Of a DNA stretch of 64,000 nucleotides, positions 16,820 to 26,414 are shown piece by piece. Both the position numbers and the translations under genes were made by a program. How positions within the stretch are numbered: the first letter of the stretch is position 1; the number at the start of each line of letters is the position of its first letter. Under the pieces are notes generated by a model, which was not told the origin of the DNA, did not search any database, and saw nothing but the letters and a program-made list of their open reading frames with translations. Origin of the DNA: a virus; IMG/VR virus record IMGVR_UViG_3300026532_000001. One strand, 5' to 3'.

Positions 16820-17136
16820 CATACAGCCCCAGTTGCATCAGTGGCACTGATCATCTAAAAGCTCGCAAGATCTATCGAGCACTTGTCTCACACCACAAAC
16901 GGGCATCATGCCCAATATGCAACTCCTACCCCAAGTATGGCTCACTGATCATCAACGGTGATCTTTTCGAGCATATCGGGGATATTGCAGGGTTCAAGAT
17001 CGACGTATCCGACTTCTTCAAACTGAGGAAAGCTGGTCTGATCGAACTTGACGAGATCACACCTGCAAGACATCGGATTATCTTTGTGAAGCTCGTAAGA
17101 GAGGAAGAAACATCACCAGAGGAGGTACAAGTATGA
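16816..17136 (+). CDS. hypothetical protein
   Basis: 106-aa ORF overlapping both neighbours' stop and start codons. Confidence 0.45.
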   Translation: MTYSPSCISGTDHLKARKIYRALVSHHKRASCPICNSYPKYGSLIINGDLFEHIGDIAGFKIDVSDFFKLRKAGLIELDEITPARHRIIFVKLVREEETSPEEVQV

Positions 17137-18572
17137 ACCAACGACAACTTATTGAGGTAGACCCTCAGAGGATTAAATTCAATCCGCTTAATCCAAGAAA
17201 ACACCGTGGTACAGAGCTTATCCGTCTCAGGGAAAGCATTAAAAGCATAGGCATTGTTCAACTCCCAACAGTACGCATACTGTCAGGAGGTTTCTATGAG
17301 GTCATCGATGGGGAAGGCCGCGTGTCCATAGCGCAAGAGGAGAAGTTTGAGAAGATCTGGGTTGTCAGTGTTGGCATCATAGATGAGCAAGAGGCGCTCA
17401 TGATGCTTCAGTCTGCTAATACAACCCGGAGTTTCAATTTTCTTGCTGAGTGCAAAGGGCTGGCTAATCTTCATCGACAAGGCAGAACTAATCTTGAGTT
17501 GGCTAAACAGTTTGGCGCAAGCGAAAGCAAAGTAGCGAGCATGGTAGCCATTGGATACTTTCCGGCCCAGATGTTGGCCCGTATAGAGGAAGATATAGAG
17601 CATTCTGAGAAAAGAGCGGAGATATGGGGCTATAGCATACTTAACAATATGCTACTTATACGTGAGTTGTTGCCTGAAAAAGAGTATTCAATGGGAAGCA
17701 GGCAGATACCCCTTGATGGGATCTACGACTACAGGGAAGTAGGCAAAGCAATTAACAAGGTGATAAGCGGAGAAATCACTAATAGTGTGCAGATGCATAC
17801 ATATATTGTCAATCGCCAATATGAGATCTACCAAGCACGATTTGATCAAGATCTACAAAAGAGGCTACAGGATGAACTCGCTAAAACGAGGGAAGATCTT
17901 GAGAGGGTGAAAGAACAACAGGTCAACGAGGCTAAAGAGCAAACACAATTATTCTACGAAGGGCAAGTGAAGATACTAGAACTTCAACTCAAAGAACTTG
18001 AGGAACGCCACAATAAAATCATCAATGAGGTTGCCAAACGCCCAGAAATCGTAGCGAAACGTGAAGAAGAGCTAAAAGAGAAGATACAAGGGAGTGAGAT
18101 AGAGAGGAAGAAACTACAGGAAGCACGGTCTCAACTTGAAAAAGAGCAGGAAGAAGCACGCAAAGAAAGAGAGCGTCAAAAGCAAGAGTGGGAACGGCAA
18201 AAGCAAGCGATCCTTAGTGAGGAGCTACAAAGAGCACAGAAAAGGCAAGAGGCAGAACTTGATGAATACTACAGGATAAGAGATGAAGAGCGAGAATATA
18301 ATCTTCGCTTGAAAGCTGAAAACACTGTACGCGGGTTGCTTGCTAAGGGCATTCAGGATCTAGCAAAGGCACAACAAACAATTGAGCACATTATCTCAAG
18401 CAGCATCCTCCCGGGGGTACAGCAACTTGGGGGAACACAACAAGATAATTTGCTTGGGCAGATACGTGCTCTGCAAGACACGCTCGACCGTGCAGAGTCC
18501 AAACTAACACATGGGGATAATTTTGTATTAGCTGAAAGGAGTGGATCAAATGGTTACAAAACACAAAAGTAA
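17133..18572 (+). CDS. ParB/Srx-like N-terminal domain protein with a long coiled-coil C-terminus
   Basis: FNPLNPRKH...IVQLPTV...VIDGEGRVSIA matches ParB-like nuclease domain motifs. The E/K/Q-rich heptad region spans about 200 aa. Confidence 0.7.
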   Translation: MNQRQLIEVDPQRIKFNPLNPRKHRGTELIRLRESIKSIGIVQLPTVRILSGGFYEVIDGEGRVSIAQEEKFEKIWVVSVGIIDEQEALMMLQSANTTRSFNFLAECKGLANLHRQGRTNLELAKQFGASESKVASMVAIGYFPAQMLARIEEDIEHSEKRAEIWGYSILNNMLLIRELLPEKEYSMGSRQIPLDGIYDYREVGKAINKVISGEITNSVQMHTYIVNRQYEIYQARFDQDLQKRLQDELAKTREDLERVKEQQVNEAKEQTQLFYEGQVKILELQLKELEERHNKIINEVAKRPEIVAKREEELKEKIQGSEIERKKLQEARSQLEKEQEEARKERERQKQEWERQKQAILSEELQRAQKRQEAELDEYYRIRDEEREYNLRLKAENTVRGLLAKGIQDLAKAQQTIEHIISSSILPGVQQLGGTQQDNLLGQIRALQDTLDRAESKLTHGDNFVLAERSGSNGYKTQK

Positions 18573-19299
18573 GGCGACTCTCGACAAAGAGCGTAAGGAT
18601 CAAAAAAGGGCAAAGCTCTGCAATAATGAACAGGTTCAGCAGCTCTTACAATGCTATGGCATAAAACTCTATGGCGAATGGAACCCGAAATTTGGTGTAT
18701 ACCATCAGATAAAAACACCTATTGGTCAAGATATGATCACTCCCACTTTGGAGAACCTTTGTAAGTATCTGGGGTTTTATGCAAATCAAGGGGTTGATGA
18801 TATACAATCATACGGTAACTTGTCAGACAAGCACCGTACCCTTCTTGAAAAAGCCGCCGTAAATGAGGCAAAAAACGAGCTAAATAAGCTCCTAACTAAG
18901 ATCCGTCCCCTTCTCATAGAAATGGGTGCTTACCTCTACACTATTCCTCTAGGTTGCGTCGAAACAGTAGCAGAGACGGGGGAATTTAAAAGATCGGGGT
19001 CGGTACGGGTACTTTGCGCATTGCCAACAGCGAGGCAAATTGCTGAACAACACGGATACTCAGAGGAAGAGATAAAAAAGCTTGCCCCCCAACTTGCTTG
19101 GCTCATACCTCAACTTATTATCTATGGAAAGGTGAGAAATACAGATAAGTTAATTGTCGCTCTTGATGGATGGAGAGCTCTTCTGACACCTCAACAAAAT
19201 GAACAACTCCACACATCAGTAAAAAGACATGACCGTCATGTCATAAGCGAGCAAGTAACACAGTTACTTCTCTTTAAAGATGAGGACTTATCAGCATGA
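18550..19299 (+). CDS. hypothetical protein
   Basis: ATG 18550 is preceded by AAGGAG; 249 aa. Confidence 0.5.
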   Translation: MVTKHKSKATLDKERKDQKRAKLCNNEQVQQLLQCYGIKLYGEWNPKFGVYHQIKTPIGQDMITPTLENLCKYLGFYANQGVDDIQSYGNLSDKHRTLLEKAAVNEAKNELNKLLTKIRPLLIEMGAYLYTIPLGCVETVAETGEFKRSGSVRVLCALPTARQIAEQHGYSEEEIKKLAPQLAWLIPQLIIYGKVRNTDKLIVALDGWRALLTPQQNEQLHTSVKRHDRHVISEQVTQLLLFKDEDLSA

Positions 19300-19526
19300 G
19301 CAATGAACAAGAGAACATCTTTCTCAAGAACCACATAGACCTGACCGAAGAATACAAGAAGTACGGACTAGATGAACTCGACTCTATCGGAAGGGCTAAA
19401 GTATGGATTGAAGGTAGAAAGCGCATAGGAAACACTGACAGCGAAGAAGAGAAGCAGAAGATATTTGCTGATCTGAAACAGCAGTATCTAGAGTACGTGC
19501 AAATAATTAAGGAGTGGAAAGCATGA
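19296..19526 (+). CDS. hypothetical protein
   Basis: 76 aa; ATGA overlap with the upstream gene. Confidence 0.5.
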   Translation: MSNEQENIFLKNHIDLTEEYKKYGLDELDSIGRAKVWIEGRKRIGNTDSEEEKQKIFADLKQQYLEYVQIIKEWKA

Positions 19527-19876
19527 ATACGAACTTATCTCAGAAACTAGATGAGGCACTCAACAGGCTCACTAAATGGAGAAGTGTATTTGCTGGCTGG
19601 CAGCTAGGAACGCGCCCAAAGGGTGACCCGGAGTGTGACGCCGTGAGAGATCACAGGGAGGTCACTATCCTCTTGCGAGCTGAAGTCACAACTATTATTG
19701 GTCTATGCGTGAAGAAGGGACTATTCACTACAGAAGAATTTCAGCAAGCTCTCATGGAGGAAGCTGAGCAACTCTCAAAGGACTACGAGAGCAGGTTCCC
19801 GGGCATGAAAGCCACTGACATTGGCATCCAGTACGATATGCGAGCAGCAGAGACTATGAGGGGATGGAAGCCATGA
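19523..19876 (+). CDS. hypothetical protein
   Basis: ATGA overlap; AAGGAG upstream. Confidence 0.5.
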   Translation: MNTNLSQKLDEALNRLTKWRSVFAGWQLGTRPKGDPECDAVRDHREVTILLRAEVTTIIGLCVKKGLFTTEEFQQALMEEAEQLSKDYESRFPGMKATDIGIQYDMRAAETMRGWKP

Positions 19877-20061
19877 TCGCATTCTTCACCGCTCTCACCG
19901 CCTTCATCCTGTCCTTGCCGCCTGAACTGCGTGCACTCCTCTTCTTTGCCTATTGGATGATTGATGCATGGCTCTTCACCATGGCAATATTCGGGGACTA
20001 CAGCACAGCACAGGAAAGCGATGATGATGAGCACGAATACTGGCAGACACATACGTGGTAA
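19864..20061 (+). CDS. small membrane protein
   Basis: Hydrophobic N-terminal 45 aa and an acidic tail. Confidence 0.45.
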   Translation: MEAMIAFFTALTAFILSLPPELRALLFFAYWMIDAWLFTMAIFGDYSTAQESDDDEHEYWQTHTW

Positions 20062-20074
20062 AGGAAGGAGAAAT

Positions 20075-20263
20075 ATGGACAACAGAACGACAATATGGAA
20101 GCGTGCTATAAGAACTGCTGATAGCCTCATAGAGCTATACGAGCAGCGTATGAGCGAACGCCCAGAGGAAGAGGAGCACTACAAGCGCAAGATCGCAATG
20201 ACCATGTGCAAGCGCTTCTTGATCATACAAGCGATGGAAAATGCTATGGAGGTGGAAGCATGA
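20075..20263 (+). CDS. hypothetical protein
   Basis: AAGGAAGGAG SD before ATG 20075. Confidence 0.5.
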   Translation: MDNRTTIWKRAIRTADSLIELYEQRMSERPEEEEHYKRKIAMTMCKRFLIIQAMENAMEVEA

Positions 20264-20517
20264 AACATATTCTCATCCACATTCTTGCATTCATTCTTGC
20301 ACTATTGATGTGTATTGCGGTACACATCATCAACATAGTACTATTCGTGCTATTTGTGCCAATATTCCTGATATCCATCATATACAATCTTGCAGTGGTA
20401 TACAAGCGCTACATCACGAAATGCTTTGTATATGCAGCACTGAATGCAAGAGGATACGAGAGAATTTCGGATAGTACAGTAGTTGTGATGCTACAAGAAC
20501 AGGAGACAGCACAATGA
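20260..20517 (+). CDS. membrane protein (two hydrophobic helices)
   Basis: ATGA overlap. N-terminus MKHILIHILAFILALLMCIAVHIINIVLFVLFVPIFLISIIY. Confidence 0.5.
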   Translation: MKHILIHILAFILALLMCIAVHIINIVLFVLFVPIFLISIIYNLAVVYKRYITKCFVYAALNARGYERISDSTVVVMLQEQETAQ

Positions 20518-20750
20518 CAGACAATACGAGCGCAGGTCTCGTTGTACGAAAGCGGCGCTATCATGGCCAGTCATTGTGGTGGATTGGCAGAGGAAGCGGC
20601 AAGAGCTTTGTGCCCTACTTTGATATTTATGGCCCGACGGGCTATGGATATTTCAACAAAGACTTTGCCATCCAAGCGATCAAAGAAATTGAAGAGCGCG
20701 GCAGTGGCCTGTCATCCCCTAAAAGTGGGAGGGCGTTTGATGAACAATAG
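20514..20750 (+). CDS. hypothetical protein
   Basis: 78 aa; ATGA overlap. Confidence 0.5.
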   Translation: MTDNTSAGLVVRKRRYHGQSLWWIGRGSGKSFVPYFDIYGPTGYGYFNKDFAIQAIKEIEERGSGLSSPKSGRAFDEQ

Positions 20751-20967
20751 ATTGTTTTCCGCGCTCAAGATGCGCTATCCTGACATTCGCTACAGTCCTG
20801 CACCGGATTGCCCACGGTGCGAGGGCTGTGGAGAGCGGTACTACGCACATGGGATGTTCATCAGTGCTGGCTGGCGACCGTGCTTGTGCCTGTATACCGA
20901 GCATAGGCACTTGCAAGCAGCATCCAGGCTCAACGCGTGGAAGCGAGCAGAGTTTAGAGAGGAGTAA
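20740..20967 (+). CDS. Cys-rich small protein
   Basis: Contains CPRCEGCG...CLC. Start placed at MNNRLF. Confidence 0.45.
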   Translation: MNNRLFSALKMRYPDIRYSPAPDCPRCEGCGERYYAHGMFISAGWRPCLCLYTEHRHLQAASRLNAWKRAEFREE

Positions 20968-20968
20968 C

Positions 20969-21109
20969 ATGCTAGTTAATATACTTTGGATAGTATTTAC
21001 AGTTTGTCTGCTGCTCACATTCGTTGCGGTAGTTATGGCGAGATATAAGCAGAAGGAAGAGGAGACGCCTGGACTGGATAGAGTGCTGTTTAGAAGAAGG
21101 AGAAGATGA
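20969..21109 (+). CDS. small single-pass membrane protein
   Basis: MLVNILWIVFTVCLLLTFVAVVMARYK, followed by a basic tail. Confidence 0.4.
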   Translation: MLVNILWIVFTVCLLLTFVAVVMARYKQKEEETPGLDRVLFRRRRR

Positions 21110-21235
21110 TGAACAATAGAGAGATGTACGGATATACGGATATTATCATCAGCAATACTTGTGGCTACTTGCGTCTGTCTGCAAGTTATGCTACTATTCT
21201 AGATAGTAACGGTCAATCAAGAAAGGATCGAGGCC

Positions 21236-21436
21236 ATGATCAACATGCAGGAACGGTTCTTTACGCCAGAGCAGATTGCAGAAACGCTGCAAGTCTCAGA
21301 AGACACAATCATGCGTCTCTTGAGAGAGAAGATGCTCAAAGGAACCAAAGTCAGGAATCAGTGGCGCATCAAAGAGAGCGACCTGGAGAAGTTCCTGGAA
21401 GAAAACAGCAATATCCAAGAGGAACAGGACAAATAA
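21236..21436 (+). CDS. excisionase-family HTH protein
   Basis: FFTPEQIAETLQVSEDTIMRLLREKMLKGTKVRNQWRI. Confidence 0.6.
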   Translation: MINMQERFFTPEQIAETLQVSEDTIMRLLREKMLKGTKVRNQWRIKESDLEKFLEENSNIQEEQDK

Positions 21437-21624
21437 ATAAAGCCAGCGTATGCTGGCAGACAACAATTGAAAATTTTGTAGCATTCAGGTCATCAGCTCT
21501 GCTGTGGAAGGTTAAAGCTAATGACCCTAGGATTCGCTACCCTGTTTTTATAATACATAACCTTGCAAGAAAACGCAAGGTCTTGTATAGCAGAACATGG
21601 GTAGACGATAGAAAGTGTGTACCC

Positions 21625-22383
21625 ATGGAAGATGACAATTCAAGGATAATCCTCCTTAATCGCGGACAGGAAGTTATTGTAGACGAAAAATGGTTTAGAG
21701 AACTAAATCAACGCAGATGGCACATTCGCGATGGCTATGCAGCAGCAAATATTGACGGCGAGCGGACTTACATGCATCGTCACATCCTTCCTCCGCCAAA
21801 AGGCTACCTCGTTGACCATATCAACAGAAACAGGCTCGATAATCGCGAAGCAAATCTTCGGATAGTTACACATGTGCAAAATGCTCAAAACAGAGCATAC
21901 CACAAGAATAATAAAACTGGCTATAAGGGCGTGTTTTTCCATGAAAACACGCAAATATATACTGCTGCGATACGCCAAGGTGGCAAGCTCCGTTATCTTG
22001 GTCAATTTAATACCGCGATAGAAGCAGCAATAGCATACAATAAAGCGGCTATCGAAATTTGCGGAGAATATGCTTGGACCAATCCAATAGATGAAGCAGC
22101 GCCTTTGTTCACACAGCCCCCTGTAAGCACCTATACATCTTGCGATCCATGGGAATGCAAAAATGATGGTAGCTACAGTATGACCATAGGAAGTGCATAT
22201 GCTGATATATGCCCGTATATCTCCAGATCCAAGACATACTATCGGGCAACCGTGCAAGGCCCCAACACTCCTCGACTGCAAGAGAGTCTCTTTATTACTA
22301 TTGATGAGGCAAAGGGATGGTGTGAGCAGTGGATACACCACTTCGATGAATACCAACAACTCAAAAAAGCAGCAGAGCGATAG
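21625..22383 (+). CDS. free-standing HNH-AP2 homing endonuclease
   Basis: HRHIL...VDHINRNRLDNREANLRIVTHVQN (HNH_3 type), then AP2-like GYKGVFFHENTQIYTAAIRQGGKLRYLGQFNTAIEAAIAYNKAA. Start placed at MEDDNSR. Confidence 0.8.
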   Translation: MEDDNSRIILLNRGQEVIVDEKWFRELNQRRWHIRDGYAAANIDGERTYMHRHILPPPKGYLVDHINRNRLDNREANLRIVTHVQNAQNRAYHKNNKTGYKGVFFHENTQIYTAAIRQGGKLRYLGQFNTAIEAAIAYNKAAIEICGEYAWTNPIDEAAPLFTQPPVSTYTSCDPWECKNDGSYSMTIGSAYADICPYISRSKTYYRATVQGPNTPRLQESLFITIDEAKGWCEQWIHHFDEYQQLKKAAER

Positions 22384-22403
22384 ATAGAAGAAGGAGTGTG
22401 TCC

Positions 22404-24824
22404 ATGTATACCATCTCCTCTATTATCGATGTGGTAACGGGCCTCGGGTGGTCGGTTATCCCTGTCGGCCTCAACAAAAAGCCTCTGTTCTCTTGGAAGC
22501 AATACCAGCAGGAACGTGCTAGTGTTGAACAGATAAACCAGTGGCAAAAGCAATACAACCCGCCTGCGTGGGCGGTGATCACCGGGTCTATCAGCAACCT
22601 CATCATTCTTGATGGCGATGGGGAACCCGGGAGAAATACATTTGAGTTGCTAGGGCTCGATCCGCATAGGCGGACGGGCTCAGGCGGCTTGCATTGTGAT
22701 TTTGAGCACCCCGGCTGGTTTGTTCCCACTCTTAATAGCAAGTCAAAGATAGAGCTAGGGGAACGCTGGCCGGGGCTCGACATTCGTGGTGACGGTGGCT
22801 ATGCCGTCTTTTGTGGCAAGAACACCAGTGGCGAGTATGTCTGGTTGCGCGCCCCCGGCGAGTTGGATAGTTTAGACATACTACCTGATGACTTGCGTAT
22901 CTTCCTGGGTCTGCTCAATCCACCACAAGAGAAGACATCCCGACCAGTAGCAGATATCGCACTTGAGAGGGCGCTTCGCGATGTCTCCATAACAGGTCGC
23001 GATAATGCTTGCTTCAAGCTGGCTAAGCAACTGCATGATAATAGCTACTCCCAGGTGGAAGCGGAATCCATCTGCATGGAATTTGCTAGACGGGCTCCCA
23101 CCCATAACACTAAGGGCAAAGTTGAGCCATTCACTGAGGCCACCGCACGGGCTAAAGTCGCTTCTGCCTATTCCTATACCAAGCGCGACCCCTGGTCAAG
23201 CACTACTACCTACAGCCAGGAGCATCCTCAAAGTGGGAATGGCAGTAACCCACCAGAGTCTAACATCAATTTAGATAGTCTTCGTACTTACGTTGATGAG
23301 CGCAATACAGAACGCCTAATCGAACGGCATGGTAAGAACCTACGTTATTGCGCAAAGTGGAAAAAATGGCTTGTGTGGGATGGGAGACGGTGGTGTATAT
23401 CTGAAGCTGAGAAGGTTATTAGTCTTGCTAAAGAGACTATTAGGGCTATGTACGTAGAAGCATTAGATATTGACGATGATGAGAGAAAGCGTACTATGCT
23501 AAAGCATATTATGCGTTCTGATAAAATCAGCATGTTTGAAGCAATGGAGAGATCTGCACGTGCTGATTTACTCATATCGCCTGATGACCTGGATAAGAAC
23601 AACATGCTCTTTAACGTGCTAAACGGCACATTAGATCTAGGTACATACACCTTTCGCAAGCATAACCGAGCTGATCTCATCACACGCTTGGCTCCAGTTG
23701 TCTATGACCCTAATGCGACTTGTCCATTATGGACTGCCTTTTTTGATCGGTTCTTCCCAGAGAACCCAGACCTTCAAGCATTCATCCAGCGAATTGCAGG
23801 GTATTGCCTTACTGGTGATACCTCTGAAAAGGCAACCTTCATTGGTCATGGAGGTGGTAATAACGGGAAAAGCACGCTTCTCAACACACTGATGACCATG
23901 ATGGGAGACTATGCCGATCAAATCGCTACTGAGACTCTGATGGTTAAGCGATACGATAAGGCCATAGCCAACGATATAGCAAAGCTAAAAGGCTTGCGTC
24001 TGGTGATTGCCAGCGAGGGCGAAGAAGGCCAGCGACTAGCAGAGTCGAAAATCAAACAGATGTCAGGAGGTAGTGACCACCTCGTTGGTGAATTCAAGTA
24101 TGGAGAGGAATTTACGTTCATCCCTACGCACAAGATTTTTCTTGGCACTAACCACCTACCCCAAATACGAGGAACTGACCCAGCTATCTGGAATCGCTTG
24201 AAGCTCATCCCCTTTGCTGAGACAATCGACCCTAGCGAGGCAGATCTCCACTATATCGATAAGCTGAAAGCCGAGCTGTCAGGTATTCTTAACTGGGCTT
24301 TAGCTGGTAACAAGAACTGGAGAGCTCAGGGAATCGGGAGGAATCCCGATGTTGAGAAGTCAACCGCATCTCATAGAGCTGAGATGGACATTCTCAGACA
24401 TTTTCTAGAGGATCGCTGCGTCATCAAAAAGAATTGCCGTGTTGCCATAAGTGAACTGTATAAGGCATATGTGGAATGGTGTGATAAGAATACCGAGATT
24501 GCGTTTAATACACGACGGTTTCGCGCCGCTTTGCTTGAGCGGGGTTTTACACAGGATAAGGATGATAAAGAGCGTTTTTGGAGAGGGATTGGTCTCCTTG
24601 ATTCTGACAAAACTGACAATCCTGACACGAATTCAACAAAAGTCCCTTACGTAAAAAACGTTGAAAATAGTTTTAGTAAAACTCAGTCAGATTTGTCAGA
24701 AACGTCAGGAAAATCTGATAGATCTGCAGCTCCTGATCGTGCCTGCCTTCATTGCGGTACTAGAAACTGGCAGTGGGATAGCTTGCTAGAACGCTATACA
24801 TGTGGAAGTTGCAATCACGGATGA
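22404..24824 (+). CDS. bifunctional primase-polymerase / D5-N / SF3 (P4-type) helicase
   Basis: Prim-Pol N-terminus (VIPVGLNKKPLFSWKQYQ, LDIRGDGGYAV), D5_N-like RYCAKWKKWLVWDGRRW, Walker A GHGGGNNGKSTL, and a C-terminal Cys4 zinc ribbon. Confidence 0.85.
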   Translation: MYTISSIIDVVTGLGWSVIPVGLNKKPLFSWKQYQQERASVEQINQWQKQYNPPAWAVITGSISNLIILDGDGEPGRNTFELLGLDPHRRTGSGGLHCDFEHPGWFVPTLNSKSKIELGERWPGLDIRGDGGYAVFCGKNTSGEYVWLRAPGELDSLDILPDDLRIFLGLLNPPQEKTSRPVADIALERALRDVSITGRDNACFKLAKQLHDNSYSQVEAESICMEFARRAPTHNTKGKVEPFTEATARAKVASAYSYTKRDPWSSTTTYSQEHPQSGNGSNPPESNINLDSLRTYVDERNTERLIERHGKNLRYCAKWKKWLVWDGRRWCISEAEKVISLAKETIRAMYVEALDIDDDERKRTMLKHIMRSDKISMFEAMERSARADLLISPDDLDKNNMLFNVLNGTLDLGTYTFRKHNRADLITRLAPVVYDPNATCPLWTAFFDRFFPENPDLQAFIQRIAGYCLTGDTSEKATFIGHGGGNNGKSTLLNTLMTMMGDYADQIATETLMVKRYDKAIANDIAKLKGLRLVIASEGEEGQRLAESKIKQMSGGSDHLVGEFKYGEEFTFIPTHKIFLGTNHLPQIRGTDPAIWNRLKLIPFAETIDPSEADLHYIDKLKAELSGILNWALAGNKNWRAQGIGRNPDVEKSTASHRAEMDILRHFLEDRCVIKKNCRVAISELYKAYVEWCDKNTEIAFNTRRFRAALLERGFTQDKDDKERFWRGIGLLDSDKTDNPDTNSTKVPYVKNVENSFSKTQSDLSETSGKSDRSAAPDRACLHCGTRNWQWDSLLERYTCGSCNHG

Positions 24825-24884
24825 GTAAGGACACAATAGTATATTGTTCACATAGTCATTGACTATAAGACGAAAGAGGATAAG

Positions 24885-25211
24885 ATGGAACAAAATGGAG
24901 AAAGACTTTACATGGTTGATGGTCAACCAAAAGCTGAAATTGATGTGTACCTCACAGATGAGAGGGAAGCACCGTCTATCAAAGAGTGCCGTCATGCGGT
25001 TCTATGTATCAAAACAAAGGATACAAAAGGGGAAGATACGGATGGGTACGTTGTTTATGATCGGCTTCTCAATAGGATTGTAAACGGTGTTTTTGCTGAA
25101 GACTCTGAAAGTGCTCTGTACGTCGCGAAGCTGTACAACGAAGGACAAGGGAGATTAGATATGGCACCAAATGGATATGCACTTGGATTGATTTATCCAG
25201 AGAAAGAGTAG
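24885..25211 (+). CDS. hypothetical protein
   Basis: 108-aa ORF. Confidence 0.45.
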   Translation: MEQNGERLYMVDGQPKAEIDVYLTDEREAPSIKECRHAVLCIKTKDTKGEDTDGYVVYDRLLNRIVNGVFAEDSESALYVAKLYNEGQGRLDMAPNGYALGLIYPEKE

Positions 25212-25299
25212 CGCGTTCACATAGTGAGATGAGAAAGAAGCAAGGAAGGCGAGATGAGAAAAGTGTGTGTAGATGAGCTGAGAAAGAGCGCGGATTATT

Positions 25300-25734
25300 A
25301 TGATTAGAAAAGCATCTCTTGATGATATAGATGCAGTAAAATGTATTGCAGACGCAAATAGGGACAGTATCGGGTTTGTTCTGCGTCCAGCGCTCATTGA
25401 AGCCATAGAACGAAGCTGGCTCATAATTTCTGAGTATGATGGCGAGATTGTCGGATTCTGCAATTATCGGCATTGCAGAAATGGACGCACGACAATCTAT
25501 GAAATCTGTGTACGAGCAGATATGAGAAGACACGGGATAGGATATCAGCTCATTGAATATCTTATCCTGGAATCATATGAGAAAAACCAAATATACATTC
25601 AATTAAAGTGTACTCTAGAAAATCCTGCAAATGCCTTTTATCAGAGACTAACTTTTCAATTGGAAGGTCGAGATGAAGGAAGGAAGAGACCGCTCAATAT
25701 ATGGCGATTTGTACTAAGAGAGGTACTAGTATGA
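25300..25734 (+). CDS. GNAT-family N-acetyltransferase
   Basis: Motif A ICVRADMRRHGIGYQLIEYL. The size is typical (144 aa). Confidence 0.75.
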   Translation: MIRKASLDDIDAVKCIADANRDSIGFVLRPALIEAIERSWLIISEYDGEIVGFCNYRHCRNGRTTIYEICVRADMRRHGIGYQLIEYLILESYEKNQIYIQLKCTLENPANAFYQRLTFQLEGRDEGRKRPLNIWRFVLREVLV

Positions 25735-26414
25735 TCGATCTCATCTACACCAGCGGGAACAACCGAAGATACGCTCAAATGACACTAGATGCAGGATGGC
25801 TTGTCGGCATGAGATCAGACAAACATGCATATGTACCTATATCCTTTATAGATATAGACTATAAGCATCCAGACTTCGAGAGGCATATGAGAGTAGTCCA
25901 GGAACACAACCCGCAGTACGCTATTGTGCCTGATATGAGTGATCAGTATGTGGACAAAGATGACGTGATGCGAGCACTAAAACAAGCAGAGCAGCTCTCG
26001 GCTGTCTTCTGCGGATTAGTATTCGTAGTTCCTAAGCTGCCCAGGCAACTCGCCATGATCCCGCGTGATTTTGCCATAGCATTCTCGGTTCCGACCAGCT
26101 ACGGAGGTGCGATGTTCATGCTGTGGGACAAGGATGTGCAGGACGGTCTCGCAGATCGCCGTATTCATCTGCTCGGTGGCAATCCTCACATACAAATGCA
26201 GTATTGTATGCACCTCTCATCCTTTGCAAATGTTGTTTCTGCCGACGGTAATATGTTTCAGTTCATGAGTGGTGTGCAGAAGTATTGGCAGCATGGATCA
26301 TGGAAGAAACACCCAAGAGCAGGGAAAGGCGACAAGGAAGTAACACATGAATGTATACAGTGGTCTTTGCAAAATGTTAGTGAAGCGTGGAACGAAGCAA
26401 GGAAGGCGAGATAG
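25731..26414 (+). CDS. hypothetical protein (between the GNAT and the C5-MTase)
   Basis: ATGA overlap with the GNAT stop; 227 aa. No motif I can assign. Confidence 0.5.
   Translation: MIDLIYTSGNNRRYAQMTLDAGWLVGMRSDKHAYVPISFIDIDYKHPDFERHMRVVQEHNPQYAIVPDMSDQYVDKDDVMRALKQAEQLSAVFCGLVFVVPKLPRQLAMIPRDFAIAFSVPTSYGGAMFMLWDKDVQDGLADRRIHLLGGNPHIQMQYCMHLSSFANVVSADGNMFQFMSGVQKYWQHGSWKKHPRAGKGDKEVTHECIQWSLQNVSEAWNEARKAR

Noticed and set aside
21106-22383. A single 425-aa protein as listed in the ORF track.
   Set aside because: The N-terminal 170 codons are low-complexity and overlap a well-formed HTH gene in another frame. The HNH-AP2 domains begin after ATG 21625.
25731-26414. A DpdA/TGT-like DNA transglycosylase next to the methyltransferase.
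   Set aside because: The only basis is a vague HLLGG/SADG resemblance. There is no zinc-binding Cys cluster or other diagnostic motif, so it is left as hypothetical.
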